Assembly (NCBI GenBank): GCA_977017575.1
Contig: CDRNVI010000149.1
Coordinates: 62,001-126,000, forward strand
Length of the DNA stretch: 64,000 bases
Source of the DNA: Paramoeba atlantica
Taxonomy: Eukaryota > Protista > Discosea
Reading direction: 5' to 3'
Part shown: positions 48,715 through 59,803 of the stretch, in pieces
How positions within the stretch are numbered: position 1 is the stretch's first letter
Layout: every line of letters begins with the position of its first letter
Program-made: the position numbers and the translations under genes
Notes under the pieces: generated by a model
Database searches by the model: none
The model's input: the letters and a program-made list of their open reading frames with translations, nothing else
What the model was told of the DNA's origin: nothing

Positions 48715-51170
48715 TGAGTGTGGTTCCCCCCACTACAACAGACCAAAGAGCTGCAAAGTCTTTTGTGGTGCAAATATATGTGTGGTTCGCTGCGATGTCT
48801 TTCTGTTCAAATTCAGAGAAGAAGTGCTCGTATGTGGTGATAGATCTAAGAGCTTATGGCAATATTTCGAAAGTGCCCAAGAGAATTTTTCTTCAGAAGA
48901 GGAAGTTACTCAAAAGAGAGTTGATGGGGTTGAGAGAGACAAAGGTTATGACTCAGCTTGTTACCAAGATTGTGAACGTGATTTTGTTTGTGGTAGTGAC
49001 CATTGTTATGACTGTGGGTGATGGATATAAAGATCGTTGGAGTGATCGGAATTATCATGGGGAATGGACCGAAATTATGACTCTGGTAATGTTTGGTGAT
49101 CGTGGGAGAGACCAGGGTGTAAAGGAATGGAGATTGGGGTAGGAATAGCACCTGGGTTCCAGGTGACTGTTTTCAAAGTTTGGGTTGTGAGGGGATGTGT
49201 TTGGAGAGGATGAAGAGAGTGACAATGGTGAAAAGAGGGTGTTGAAAGTGATACAATGATGATATTCGAGGAGTCTACTTTGATTTGTATGGACACTCTG
49301 ATGTAGTTGATAACATGTTAGAATGAGCTTTGGCAAACCTGGGTGTTTGGGGATAAAACCAAAATCGTTTTGTTTATTCTCCCCAGAGGAAAAGAAATAC
49401 ATTTTTAATGGTAATCAGGATGTTTTCTTCTTTTTTTTTGATGTATCAAATCTCTTCTCACTCATTTGTTATTCCAGACCTAATGAGTTTGGTAACACCA
49501 ACAATCTATCAATGGGTGAAGAGAAATGGTGAATGTTGAAGCACATTGGCTTGTATTTGGCTCAACCTTTTCTCCGGTCATATCACACTTGCTCAGCCTG
49601 CAAACCCCTCTGGGGATTCAAGATTCAGTCATGAGAAGGATAACAATGCTTTTTTATTGGAACCACGCAAGAGGGACCATGAGGAGGTTGACTTTTGTTC
49701 AGTATTTTACATTGATGATTTTGTCTATGCAGCTGTCGATGACAAATGTGCAGAGGAAATGTATCTCCAACATGTGAATAAATTCCTGGAGGAAGAGTTT
49801 ATTGTGGGGATAACAAAGTGTTGTATTTTTGAGAGATGATTGGATCTATTTCCTACATTGGGTTAACAACAGGATTGTGCTTCTCTTTTTTGAGGAGATG
49901 CCACTGTGGTTTGCTGTCAAGTTGGAGGTCACTACAGAAGTTATTTTTTCTGATCTGGTTTCTGCTTTGATACATTCCTGTATTCCCTGGAATCCTCACT
50001 GGAATATTCGATGCTTCAGAGGTTCTAACAATATCAAGAGGTTTATTTATTTTTACTAATTATTAAAATTTGTTTGGCAGATATGGTATTGTATGGTAGA
50101 ATGGCTTCTGTTGAATGGAGAGGTCATCAAATTTTCCAGAGAAGCTCTGTCATTCACAGAGATGTGTGGAATTGTATGCTCTTAAGAAAACAATTGGTTT
50201 TGGCTGGAATTTGTTTGGATCTGTTTTTCACTCTGCAAGTTCATTATTTGAATTTGTGTAACTGAGAGAGAGTTTTCTTTTTGGCTTCTCTGGGTGACTT
50301 TAGCAGCCACCTGTCGTCAAACTCCGCCTGTTTGGAGAAAGAAATTGGCTCTTGAGAAGCTTAGGAACCAACAGGCCTTGACTATTGTCAAAATATGAAA
50401 AATACTTCAAGTTCTGTAGCAAACATGGTTTTAGTGACCTGTACAACGCGAGCGTCCTTGAAAAATACATCTTCCATATGTGCTGAATTGAGAAAACAAT
50501 TGCCAGAATCCTTCTGTTCTGCTTTTAGAAAGCGCTATGCCATCTCTGGCTTTCCTGATCCCTTCAATGAGAAGATAGTAAGTGATGGTATTTGTTTTGG
50601 GATGGTTGATTTTTATTGCAGAGCTGGCTCTTGAGAAGTTTGGGGACACAGTGCTTTCTAAAAGCATAACAAGAAGGGTTCTGGCCCAATTCAGCGCATA
50701 TGGAAGATATTTTTCAAGGATACACAAAAGTTTTACAGGTCACCAAAACCATGTTCACAACATAACTTGAAATATTTTTCCACATTCTGACAATGGTCAA
50801 GGGCTGTTGATCATCTCTGGCATCCCTGACCCCTTCAGATCAATGAACCTTGGCAGGCAAAGTGGATTTCAGCTTTCCAGTTCTATCAAAGAGCCTCATC
50901 AAGATATTTGGATAGATGTTTGTGAGCTGATGTTGAGGGTTAGTTCTCTCCTTAAGATTAAATAGAATGATATTTTTTCAACAGTTTTGGTGTCATTTAT
51001 GATGTACCATGCGATAGCAGAAGAAGTGTTTGGGTAAGGATTGGATTCTCTTGTGGGCTGATTGGCACTTGGGTGGAGGGCTGGATCTCAGTTTATTATC
51101 CAAATGAAGTTTTGCAAGTTCTTGGAACTTGGAAGGAACGAAACTCAATGAAATTATATGTGATGTTGAA
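48715..51170 (+). mobile_element. Degenerate DIRS-like retrotransposon, copy 2
   Basis: HWLVFGSTFSPVI, VFYIDDFV, GICLDLFF, SAFRKRYAISGFPDPF, EVLQVLGTWKERNSMKLY. Confidence 0.7.
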
Positions 51171-54170
51171 TTTCCTGAGGAACCCATCACACAAGGGCTT
51201 CATCCAGCAGCTCTCCGAAAGAGATCAAAGATGGTGTGGCTCCCTCGCCTTCGAGCATCTGCTTTGCCTTTGTGTGGCTTTTGTTCCTTCTTGCTTCCCT
51301 CTTTGTCCTTTCCTTCCCCTTTTTGTCTTGCTTTGGATCTCTCTTTTGTTCTCTCTTCCATCTAGCTGGGGTGCTTTGGATTTCTTCCTTCGTTTCTGTT
51401 TTCCTTCCTGGTTTCTCTGTTTTTGGTTTTTGGTTTTTGTTTTTGGATTTGAGTATGGTTTTTTGTTGTTTGGCTGTGTTGTTTTGTTGACTGTTTCTTT
51501 TGGAATAAACACTCAGAGGTGATGTTCCCACTTGAGTACTTTCAAGCACATAAAAAAACAAAAAGAGAGGAGGTGGAGATGTGACAGAGGACAAGAAGTT
51601 TTATTTAGAAAGCGGTAGAAAAGTTGAACAAGAGAAAACCAACAAATAAAAGATATTTGCACTGTCAACTCCTCAAGCCGAACATTCTCTCTTTTAATTC
51701 TCTTCTTTATTTCTCTTTTATCTCTCTTTTTTTTTGGTCTTTTTTGTCTTTTTCCCCTTTTTTCTCTTTTTTCTCTTTTTATTTCTCTTTTTTTTCCCAT
51801 GAGGAAGAGAAGAAGATTCCAGCAGAAGCACCAAAGCCTCAATTGGTACAGACATATTGAATTAGAGCATTTTCTTTAGCTTTGAGCCATGGGTGCTAGG
51901 ACAATGCCCTTTGTACAATCAATGTGAATAATTAGAAAGAGAAAAAGAAAAGAGTGAATAAAAAGAGAAGTAAAGAGAAAAAGGAAAAAAGAGAAAAAAA
52001 GAGAAAAAAAGAGAAAAAAAGAGAAAAAAAGAGAAATAAAAAATAAAAGAGAAATAAAAAGAAAGAAAAAAGAGAAAAAAGAGGAAAAAAAAGAGAGAAA
52101 AAAAAAGAGAAAAAGAGAAAAAAAAAGAAAAAAAAAAGAGAAAAAAAAAAGAGAAAAAAAAGAGAAAAAAAAAGAGAAAAAAAAAGAGAAAAAAAAGAGA
52201 AAAGAGAAAAAGGGAAAAAAAGAAAAAAAGAGGGGAAAAAAGAGAGAAAAAAGAGAAATAAAAAAGAGAAATAAAAAGAGAAGTAGAAAGGGAAATAGAA
52301 AAAGAAAAAAGAGAAAGAAAGAGAAAAGAGAAAGAAAGAGAAAAAAGAAAGAAAGAAAAAAAAGAAAAAAAGAAATGAAAAGAGAAATGAAAAGAGAAAT
52401 GAAAAGAGAAATGAAAAGAGAAATGAAAAAAAGAGAAAAAAAAGAAAAAAGGAGGAATAAAAAGAGAAATAAAAGAGAGAAAAAGTAAAAAAAAAAAGAG
52501 AAAAAAAAAGGGAAAAAAGAAAGAGAAAAAAGAGAAATATGAAAAAAAGAGAAAAAAAGAGAAAAAAAGAAGAAAAAAGAGAGAAAAGAGAAAAAAAAAA
52601 GAAAAAAAAAGAAAAAAAAAGAAAAAAAAAGAAAAAAAAAAGAGAAAAAAAGAAAAAAAAAAGAGAAAAAAAGAAAAAAAAAGAAAAAAAAAGAAAAAAA
52701 AAGAAAAAAAAAAAAGAAAAGAAAAAAAGAAAAGAAAAAAAAAGAAGAAACCAAACTCTGTATCGATTGTCTCCCCACTGCACCTCTTTGTTTCTCTTTC
52801 TTTATTTCTCTTTTATTTCTTTATTTCTCTTTCTTTTCTTTTTCTCTTTTTCTTCTTTTTTTCTTTTTATTTCTCTTTTTATTTCTCTTTTCTTTTCTCT
52901 TTTCTCTTTTCTCTTTTCTCTTTTCTCTTTTCTCTTTTCTCTTTTTCTTTCTTTTCTTTTCTTTCTTTTCTTTCTTTTGTTCTCTTTTGGTTTTTTTTTC
53001 AGTTTTTCTTCTCATCCAAGAACCATAGATCTCCCTCTTTATTTTTTTCTCCTTCTCCTTTTTCCTTCTCTTTCTTTTCTCTTCTTTTCTTTTCATATCA
53101 TTTCCCCCTCTCTTCACCTTTTTTCCCTTTTTCTTCCTTTGTTTTTCCTCTCATTCTTTCTTTTCTTTCTTTTCTTTTTCTGAATGTCTCTTTGGATGGA
53201 TTTTCTCTGATGAGAATTTGTTTGATACAGACAAAGAATGTGAAGGAGGAGAAAGCTTTTATTCTTTTTTTTTGTGTTTCCCATTTCAAAAAGAGGAAAG
53301 AGAAAAGAAAGAAAGAAAGAAAAAGAAAGGGAAAGAGGGAAGAGAAAGAATGAGAAAAAAAAAAGGAAAGAAAAGAGCAAAGCCAAAAAAAAAGAAAAAG
53401 AAAGAAAAAGAAAAGGAAAGAAAAAGAAGAGGAAAGAAAAAGAAGAGGAAAGAAAAAGAGGAGGAAAGAAAAAGAGGAGAAAAGAAAAAGAGGAGGAAAG
53501 AAAAAGAGGAAAGAAAAAGGAAAGAAAAAGAGGAAAGAGAAAGGAAGAAGAGAAAGGAAGAAGAGAAAGGAAGAAGAGAAGAGAGGAGAATACTTTTTCT
53601 GAGAACAGCAAAAAGGAGACAGAGAGTTGAGGGAGGGTGGGAAAGAGAAGCTCAAATGAGTTGGTCAAAAGGGTATCCTGGATTTCAGGTGCTCCGGCGC
53701 ATGTGTTGTTGCTCCTCTCTCCAAGCTGATATCTTCTCTTCTCTCTTCTCTTCTCTCTTCTCTCTTCTCTCTTCTCTCTTCTCTCTTCTCTCTTCTCTCC
53801 TCTCCTCTCTTCTCTCCTCTCTCCTCTCCTCTCTTCTCTCTCCTCTCTCCTCTCTCCTCTCTCCTCTCTCCTCTCCTCTTCTCTTCTCTTCTCTTCTCTC
53901 TTCCTCCCAAAAAACGCAAAACAAAAAAATTGGGTTTCACCGAAAAAAGCGGTTCAAAACCGCTGGGGCACCTTTTTTTTCCTTTTTTTTTTTGTTGGTT
54001 GTTCTTTCGGTGATTTCTTTTTTTTTGTTTGTTTGTGTGATTGGTGTTCCTTCTCGCCACACCCCTCATGAACGACAACAAACACAATCAGCCACCCTCA
54101 GGTTTTGTTTTTAATTCAAAACATTTCTTTTTCTGGATAACTTGAAACAGAAAAACAACAACAATTCAAT

Positions 54171-55133
54171 ATGGTGATGAGAGTTCAATTGATGTCGATT
54201 ATCGAAAGAGAAGGAGAGTGGGAAGTTCGAAACACTGAGAATGGAGAAGTGTGTTCGATTCAAGCTCAAGATTTTCGAAGTCTGCAAAGGAAGATCCAGG
54301 ATGTGTACGGAACTTCAACTGCGGTTCGAGTGTTCTATCTTGATGATGAGTGTGATGTCGTCTTTGTGAAACGTGATCGAGACTTGGAAGACGCTTTGTT
54401 TGTCCTCCCAAAAAAGAACAAGACAGCAAAAGCAGTGGAGAGTCAAGTCAAAGAAAAAATCGAAAATGAAATCCAAGAGGTTGAAAATCGAGTGGCTGAT
54501 GATGAAGAGAAAGTGGGGGATGAGATTTCTGAGAACCCTCAGAAAAGACTCAAGGAACAACAGAAGAGAGAGAAGAAGATTGAAATGCTCAGTAAACGTG
54601 ATGAGAAACTGGCAGATCAGATTGATGTTCTTGAAGAAAAGATTGTGGCTCTCCAACGAAGAAAGGAACAGTTGACTGAAAACAAAACCCAAGTTCGAGA
54701 GAACCTTGTTGATTTGAAAAGTCAAGAGGACGACATTGTTGACGACAAACAAGAGGAAGAGGGGATCGAAGAAATCCAATTGTCTGAGGAAGAAGAGGAA
54801 GAGGAGGAAGAGAGAGATTATGGTAAACCAAGATCATTTGGGCAATCGAGAAAGCTTCAAAACCAACGACGAAACATCGAAAGAAGACTTTGTAATCTTG
54901 AAGCGAAAGAAAAGAAGTCAAAAAAAATGATGGAAACAGAAATTATTCTCAAGAAGCGTTTGGAAGAAATCTCAGAGAGGTTGGCGACTGAACCAAAAGA
55001 AGAAGAAGAGAAAGACAAAATGTTTATGAATAAGAGAAAAGGAAAAGATGGTTGTCGGAGATACTCTTCTCGCTCATATGGCTCAAAAAAGAAGTTTTTC
55101 AATTCTCCTCCAAAGGAGAGAAGATGGAAATAA
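54171..55133 (+). CDS. PB1-domain coiled-coil protein, 320 aa, paralog of 42241
   Basis: Intact ORF with the same PB1 motif; C-terminus diverged. Confidence 0.85.
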   Translation: MVMRVQLMSIIEREGEWEVRNTENGEVCSIQAQDFRSLQRKIQDVYGTSTAVRVFYLDDECDVVFVKRDRDLEDALFVLPKKNKTAKAVESQVKEKIENEIQEVENRVADDEEKVGDEISENPQKRLKEQQKREKKIEMLSKRDEKLADQIDVLEEKIVALQRRKEQLTENKTQVRENLVDLKSQEDDIVDDKQEEEGIEEIQLSEEEEEEEEERDYGKPRSFGQSRKLQNQRRNIERRLCNLEAKEKKSKKMMETEIILKKRLEEISERLATEPKEEEEKDKMFMNKRKGKDGCRRYSSRSYGSKKKFFNSPPKERRWK

Positions 55134-55740
55134 TAAATAACAAAATCTCATTCAATTGTTTTTATCAAGAAAAAGTTTATTTCTATTCTTTTTCTTCTTT
55201 CTTTTCTTCTTGTTCCTCTTTTTATTCACTCTCCTCTTCTTTTCTCTGTTAGTTTTTCATCTTTTCTTTTTACGAGGTAAGTTTTCATACTCTCTAGGAA
55301 AGAAAAGAGAAAAGAAAAACAAAAAAAAACAAAGGCAAAAAAAGAACTCCAATTTTTTTGGGGGCTAAAAAAAATTCCCAGTTTTTTTGTTTTCTGTTTC
55401 GTTCTCTCCTCTCCTCTTTTTCTCTCTCTTTTTTCTCCCTTTCCCCCCCTTTCTCTATTTTCCTCTTGTTTTTCTTTTCTTTCTTTTTCCCTTTTCTCTT
55501 TTTCTCTCTTTCATAGGTATGCTGTCATTATTGGGTTCATATGTTATTTTTGAAAAGAGTCAAGTTGAGGTTTTGCAGTTTCTTTTTTCTTTCTTTCTTT
55601 TTCTTTCTTTTTTCTTTCTTTTTTCTTTTCCTGTTTTGTGTTTTCTTTTTTTTATATTTTTTTCTTTTTCTCTAAGTGAGGTGCTCTATCTTTTTTTTTT
55701 TTCTTTAGGGGAGATTTTTTGAGATTCTCTCTTTAATTCA

Positions 55741-55845
55741 GCAGAAGAAAATTCAACAGAAGAAAATTCAGCAGAAGAAAATTCAGCAAAAGAAAATTCA
55801 TATTCTCTGTGTTCGAATTTTCAAATTAGTACCCAGAGAGAATGA
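55741..55845. repeat. 4 x 15-bp tandem repeat followed by palindrome family copy 4
   Basis: (GCAGAAGAAAATTCA)x4 at 55741-55800, then TATTCTCTGTGTTCGAATTTTCAAATTAGTACCCAGAGAGAATGA, near-identical to 2119-2163. Confidence 0.85.
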
Positions 55846-57008
55846 AATAAAAAGATCAATTCAAGGGGTGATGGGTGGTGGGTTACTTCTCTCCTTTTGT
55901 ACCAGAGAACTAGAGGGTTAATTCAGAAAATCCAAGAGTTAGGTTTTTCCTTTGGTTCCTCACTCTCTTTCCTTTTTCTCTTTTCTAGATCACTTATAAT
56001 ATATTACAAGGAATTTTGCCACTGTTTTTTACATTCTTGAATGAAATTCAAAAAAAAAAGACACTCACTTCCTTCAGTGAGAGATTGAATTGTGAGTTTT
56101 TTGGACTGTTTTTCTTGCCTATGTTTGTTGGGAGCTTGTATGGAACATATTCTTTTTTCTTCAAAGAAGGTTTTGTTTTCGTTATTTTTTTTTATGTTTG
56201 GTGTGTGTTTGTTTGTGTTTTGTATTGTTTTTTGGTTTTTTCTTTTGTTGGTTGGTTGGGATGAGTTTGTTGTTTGTTTGTTAGGAGAATTAATTAAAAA
56301 CTGAGAGAATTCTGGGTTGTTTTTATGGATTGTTGTTTCTTTCTTTATTATAGGTTTTTTTGGTTGTTGGTTGTTTGGTTTGGTGGTGTGTAAAGAACAT
56401 ATTGTTTAAAACTGTTTGGAATGATTTCACTTCTGAAATGTTTGTTGGAAAAGAGTCTGTTTGGAGTATTGCTGTGGTGCTGTTGTTTTGTTTGATTTTT
56501 GTGTCTATTAATTATTGTAGTTATTGTTGGGGATGTTATTATTGTAGTTGTTGTTATTGATTATTGGTTATTATTTTTGTTATTTATTGTTGTCATGATT
56601 ATATCAGCTGGTCTGCTCTTGAAGATATTATTTTTTATTTTTGTTTCCATTTTCTTTTTCTTTTTTTCTTTTTCTTTTTTTATGTGATGTTTTGTTTTTT
56701 TTTGTTGTGAAAATTTCTTAAATGAAGCAAGCCTTTTTTGTGCCTAGAAAGCATTGTTAGACTCAACCAAGCTTCAGAGTTCAAATGAAAAGGTCTCTTG
56801 CATGAAAACAACATCTCAAAGGAAAAAAATGATAGGAATTGGTGCAATTGTTAAATTGTTGGAAATTGAGAAATACCTTTAATCATTTGGTTGTGTTGAG
56901 CTTGGGGCAAGAAAATTCCTTGTTATCAAAGGGTGGTAAGGAACCAGGAAAGGGGGCTAACATAAGACTTATTGGGTTCTTTGGGAGAAAGTTTCTTGGA
57001 TTTGTCCT

Positions 57009-58994
57009 TATTGGGTTGTCACCTGAAGTGTTTTGAAAGAATGTTTGTTTGTTTGGGATTTGAACCTGAGGGGTTGTCTTCATAAAACCATCTTGAGTCT
57101 TCCTGTGATTGATCTGTTTGAGGCTTGAAAGTAGTACAACTCAACTTTTTTTGGTTTTCACTGGTTGAAATTCTGTTTTTTTTTGGCTTTCTTGAAATGT
57201 ATTCACTTTCAGCATCAATGATTCAGCAGTATCAGGAGAGAACAAGACTGGGGGAGCAGATGCAACCACCAGATGGTTACAAGAGGGAGAAAAGGGGGGT
57301 GGAGCAGAACAAGAAGCTACTTAGGGATCTTGAGAGTGGAAGTGACAGTAGCAAATCAGAGGAAGATGAGGGTTTGGGTGAAGGGGCAAGATCTCCAAAT
57401 TTTCCTTCTGTGGATCAAATGCTTGAGAGTTGGTTGTTGAAAAAAGATGAAATTGAGCATCAGTTAGATGAATTAACAAATTTAATCCTGACTGATGAGG
57501 CTTTCACTGAGGAGTTTGACAAACTTGAGAGGAATTTGAAATGATTAAAGTCGAGTATTTCAAGGCAATGTGAGGAGCGGCAGAACTTTGGGGAGCAAGG
57601 ACAGAGGGGTCAGGGGCTACCAAATTAAAAGAGGAGGGCAACTACATTGAACCAAGGAGGAAAGATTTTGTGACTCATTATGGGAGAGATTTGCAACCCC
57701 TTCCAAGTGAGAATACTGTACCAAACCATCAGTGGGATTGATTGGTAACAGATGTGAGGTTTCTTCATCCAAGTCCAGAGGATTCAACAAGGGTTGGTGG
57801 AACTTGTGGTTCAAATCAACAGAGTTCATTGGCTGGTGCTGAAGTTAAAAGTGCTGAGAGGTCAACAACAATTAATGATTTAAATTCACAGGTTTGAAGA
57901 ATAACTTTGGATGAGTCTACAAGAGGGACAGAGTTAAAAACACTGAAAAAGGTGGACAACATACCAAAGTTGAACACAAAATGGGACCTAAAAGCCTGTG
58001 ATGTGTTGGTGTTTCTGAGAGATTTTCAAGCAGCAATGGGTAATCAAGTGCCAGATGATTCTTTATGGATGCAGTATTTGAGATCAGCAGTGGAAGGTCC
58101 AATGAAACCACAATTGCAAAGATTAAAGAATATTTTTTATCAAGAGTTGCTTCTGTTTGTATTGGAAGGAAATACCTTGGGCTCAAGCTGGAAGAGTAAG
58201 GTTCAGAAAGAAATGCAGATGGTAAGACAGATGGAAAATGAGAAAATTCTTGATTTTGCAGAGAGGTTGGTGATGTACCTTGATTACTTGAAAATAGATT
58301 TGAATTCAGTTGAAGTGAAGATGAAGTTGAATGAACCTGTTTTAAAAGTTTATTGAGTTCTGTGGGAGGAGCAATTTAGAGAAGAGTTTGTTGAGAATGA
58401 ATGTGTTATGTGGAATGTTGTGACAAAGTGGGTGCAGAATGCAGAAGGATGGCATTGATATTTGGTGGTGAAGGACCAACTGAAACCTTACCAGGATTGA
58501 CCACCATCTGCTGTGTGTTTTGAATGTGGAGAAAAGGGACATATGAAAAGAGATTGTTCACAGAGAGAAGAAGAAGAAGAAGAGGATAGTGGGGGTTTTT
58601 TTGTGGTTGATGGGAAGAAGTATCTTTTTCACTGGAGATGTCAGTGTTGTGGAGGCAACTGTTTGGAGCTGAAGGATTATTATATCCCTGGTTAAGTGTT
58701 AAGTTGTTTATTGTTTTGTTGGTTATGAAGTGTTTCTCAGTTGAGAAAACACTTGAGAGGTATTGGGTTGTCACCTGAAGTGTTTTGAAAGAATGTTTGT
58801 TTGTTTGGGATTTGAACCTGAGGAGTTGTCTTATTTTGAATGTTTTTATTTGTAAGTGTTTGTTGAATATTCTTATTCTTGAAGAAAGATATGTTTTCTT
58901 TTTTAGTTTTCCTTTTTATAAAAGAGTCTTATAAATCATTTTGAGTCTTCCTGTGATTGATCTGTTTGAGGCTTGAAAGTAGTACAACTCAACT
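57009..58994 (+). mobile_element. Gag-only retroelement between direct repeats
   Basis: Direct repeats 57009-57146 and 58761-58994 (the second has a ~96-bp insert), containing TGTCACC...AGTACA. Decayed gag about 57197-58693 with VFLRDFQAAM.. and CFECGEKGHMKRDC; no pol. Confidence 0.75.
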
Positions 58995-59803
58995 GCCTTG
59001 GGGGGAGTTAAGAAAGTAAAAGAGAGATGGATTGATTTTGTTAAATTTGTTAAAGAAAAAAGAAGGTACAACAACAGATTGAAGAGGAATTTAATAGTGA
59101 GAAGGAGCTTTAGGGGGAGGAGTGAAGGTTACTAAGTGACTACATGGAGAAAGGTTTTTCTGAGTTCAATGTACATCCAAAATGAATGGAGAAGATATTA
59201 TTAAAAGAGAAATTGTGAGGGGTTGTACTTAAGTTATTTCTTTAAATTTTGAAGACTGTGGACCAAACTGTAAGGGGTTATAGTGGTTAGAAAGATAGCT
59301 AAAGAAGTGAAGATTGATGGTGAATATTAGAAAGTGTACAAACTCTCCAACTTTCTAAGATGAGAAATTGAGGAGTTTTATAGTGTTTAACAAAATAGAT
59401 GTTTACCCTGGGCTTAAAAAAGAGGTATTTCCATCAAAAATTGTTAAGAAAAGCAACAAGATGGGTTGAAACAGTGTTAATTAATACAAAATCAGAAAAA
59501 AAGAAGTACAGTTTGGAGGTATGAGGTTCTACTGTTTAGTCTCACTTTCTCCACTTTACTTAATTAATTAAAGTAATTCAGCTTTGCTTACTTTTACACT
59601 TCTAACAAACACCTTTCCTCAACCAATCTGTCTTGTCATCTTTTTTTCTGAGCAAGAAATTTGAATTTAATAAAATTGATTTTTAAAATTATTTCTTTTT
59701 CTTTTTTTTCTTTTTTCTTTTTTCTTTTACTCTTTTTTTCTCTTTTTTTCTCTTTTTTTCTCTTTTTTTTTTCTCTTTTTTCATTTTTCATTTTTTCATT
59801 TTT

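Larger units (their letters stand above)
45200..55133 (+). repeat. Second copy of a ~10-kb tandem segmental duplication (first copy 32457-43209)
   Basis: Colinear LRR exons, retro fragment, DIRS relic, low-complexity tracts and PB1 gene, with high nucleotide similarity. Confidence 0.95.

Noticed and set aside
55500-55560. Isolated exon-like segment GMLSLLGSYVIFEKSQVE
   Set aside because: No start, partner exons or homology could be supported.
57197-58693. UGA read as Trp or Sec (alternative genetic code)
   Set aside because: Host gene models end in TGA (8284, 25910), the LINE stop falls at a conserved Arg, and the regions are CpG-depleted; deamination explains it better.
59000-59600. Continuation of pol after the gag-only element
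   Set aside because: All frames have many stops and no PR/RT/IN motifs were seen.
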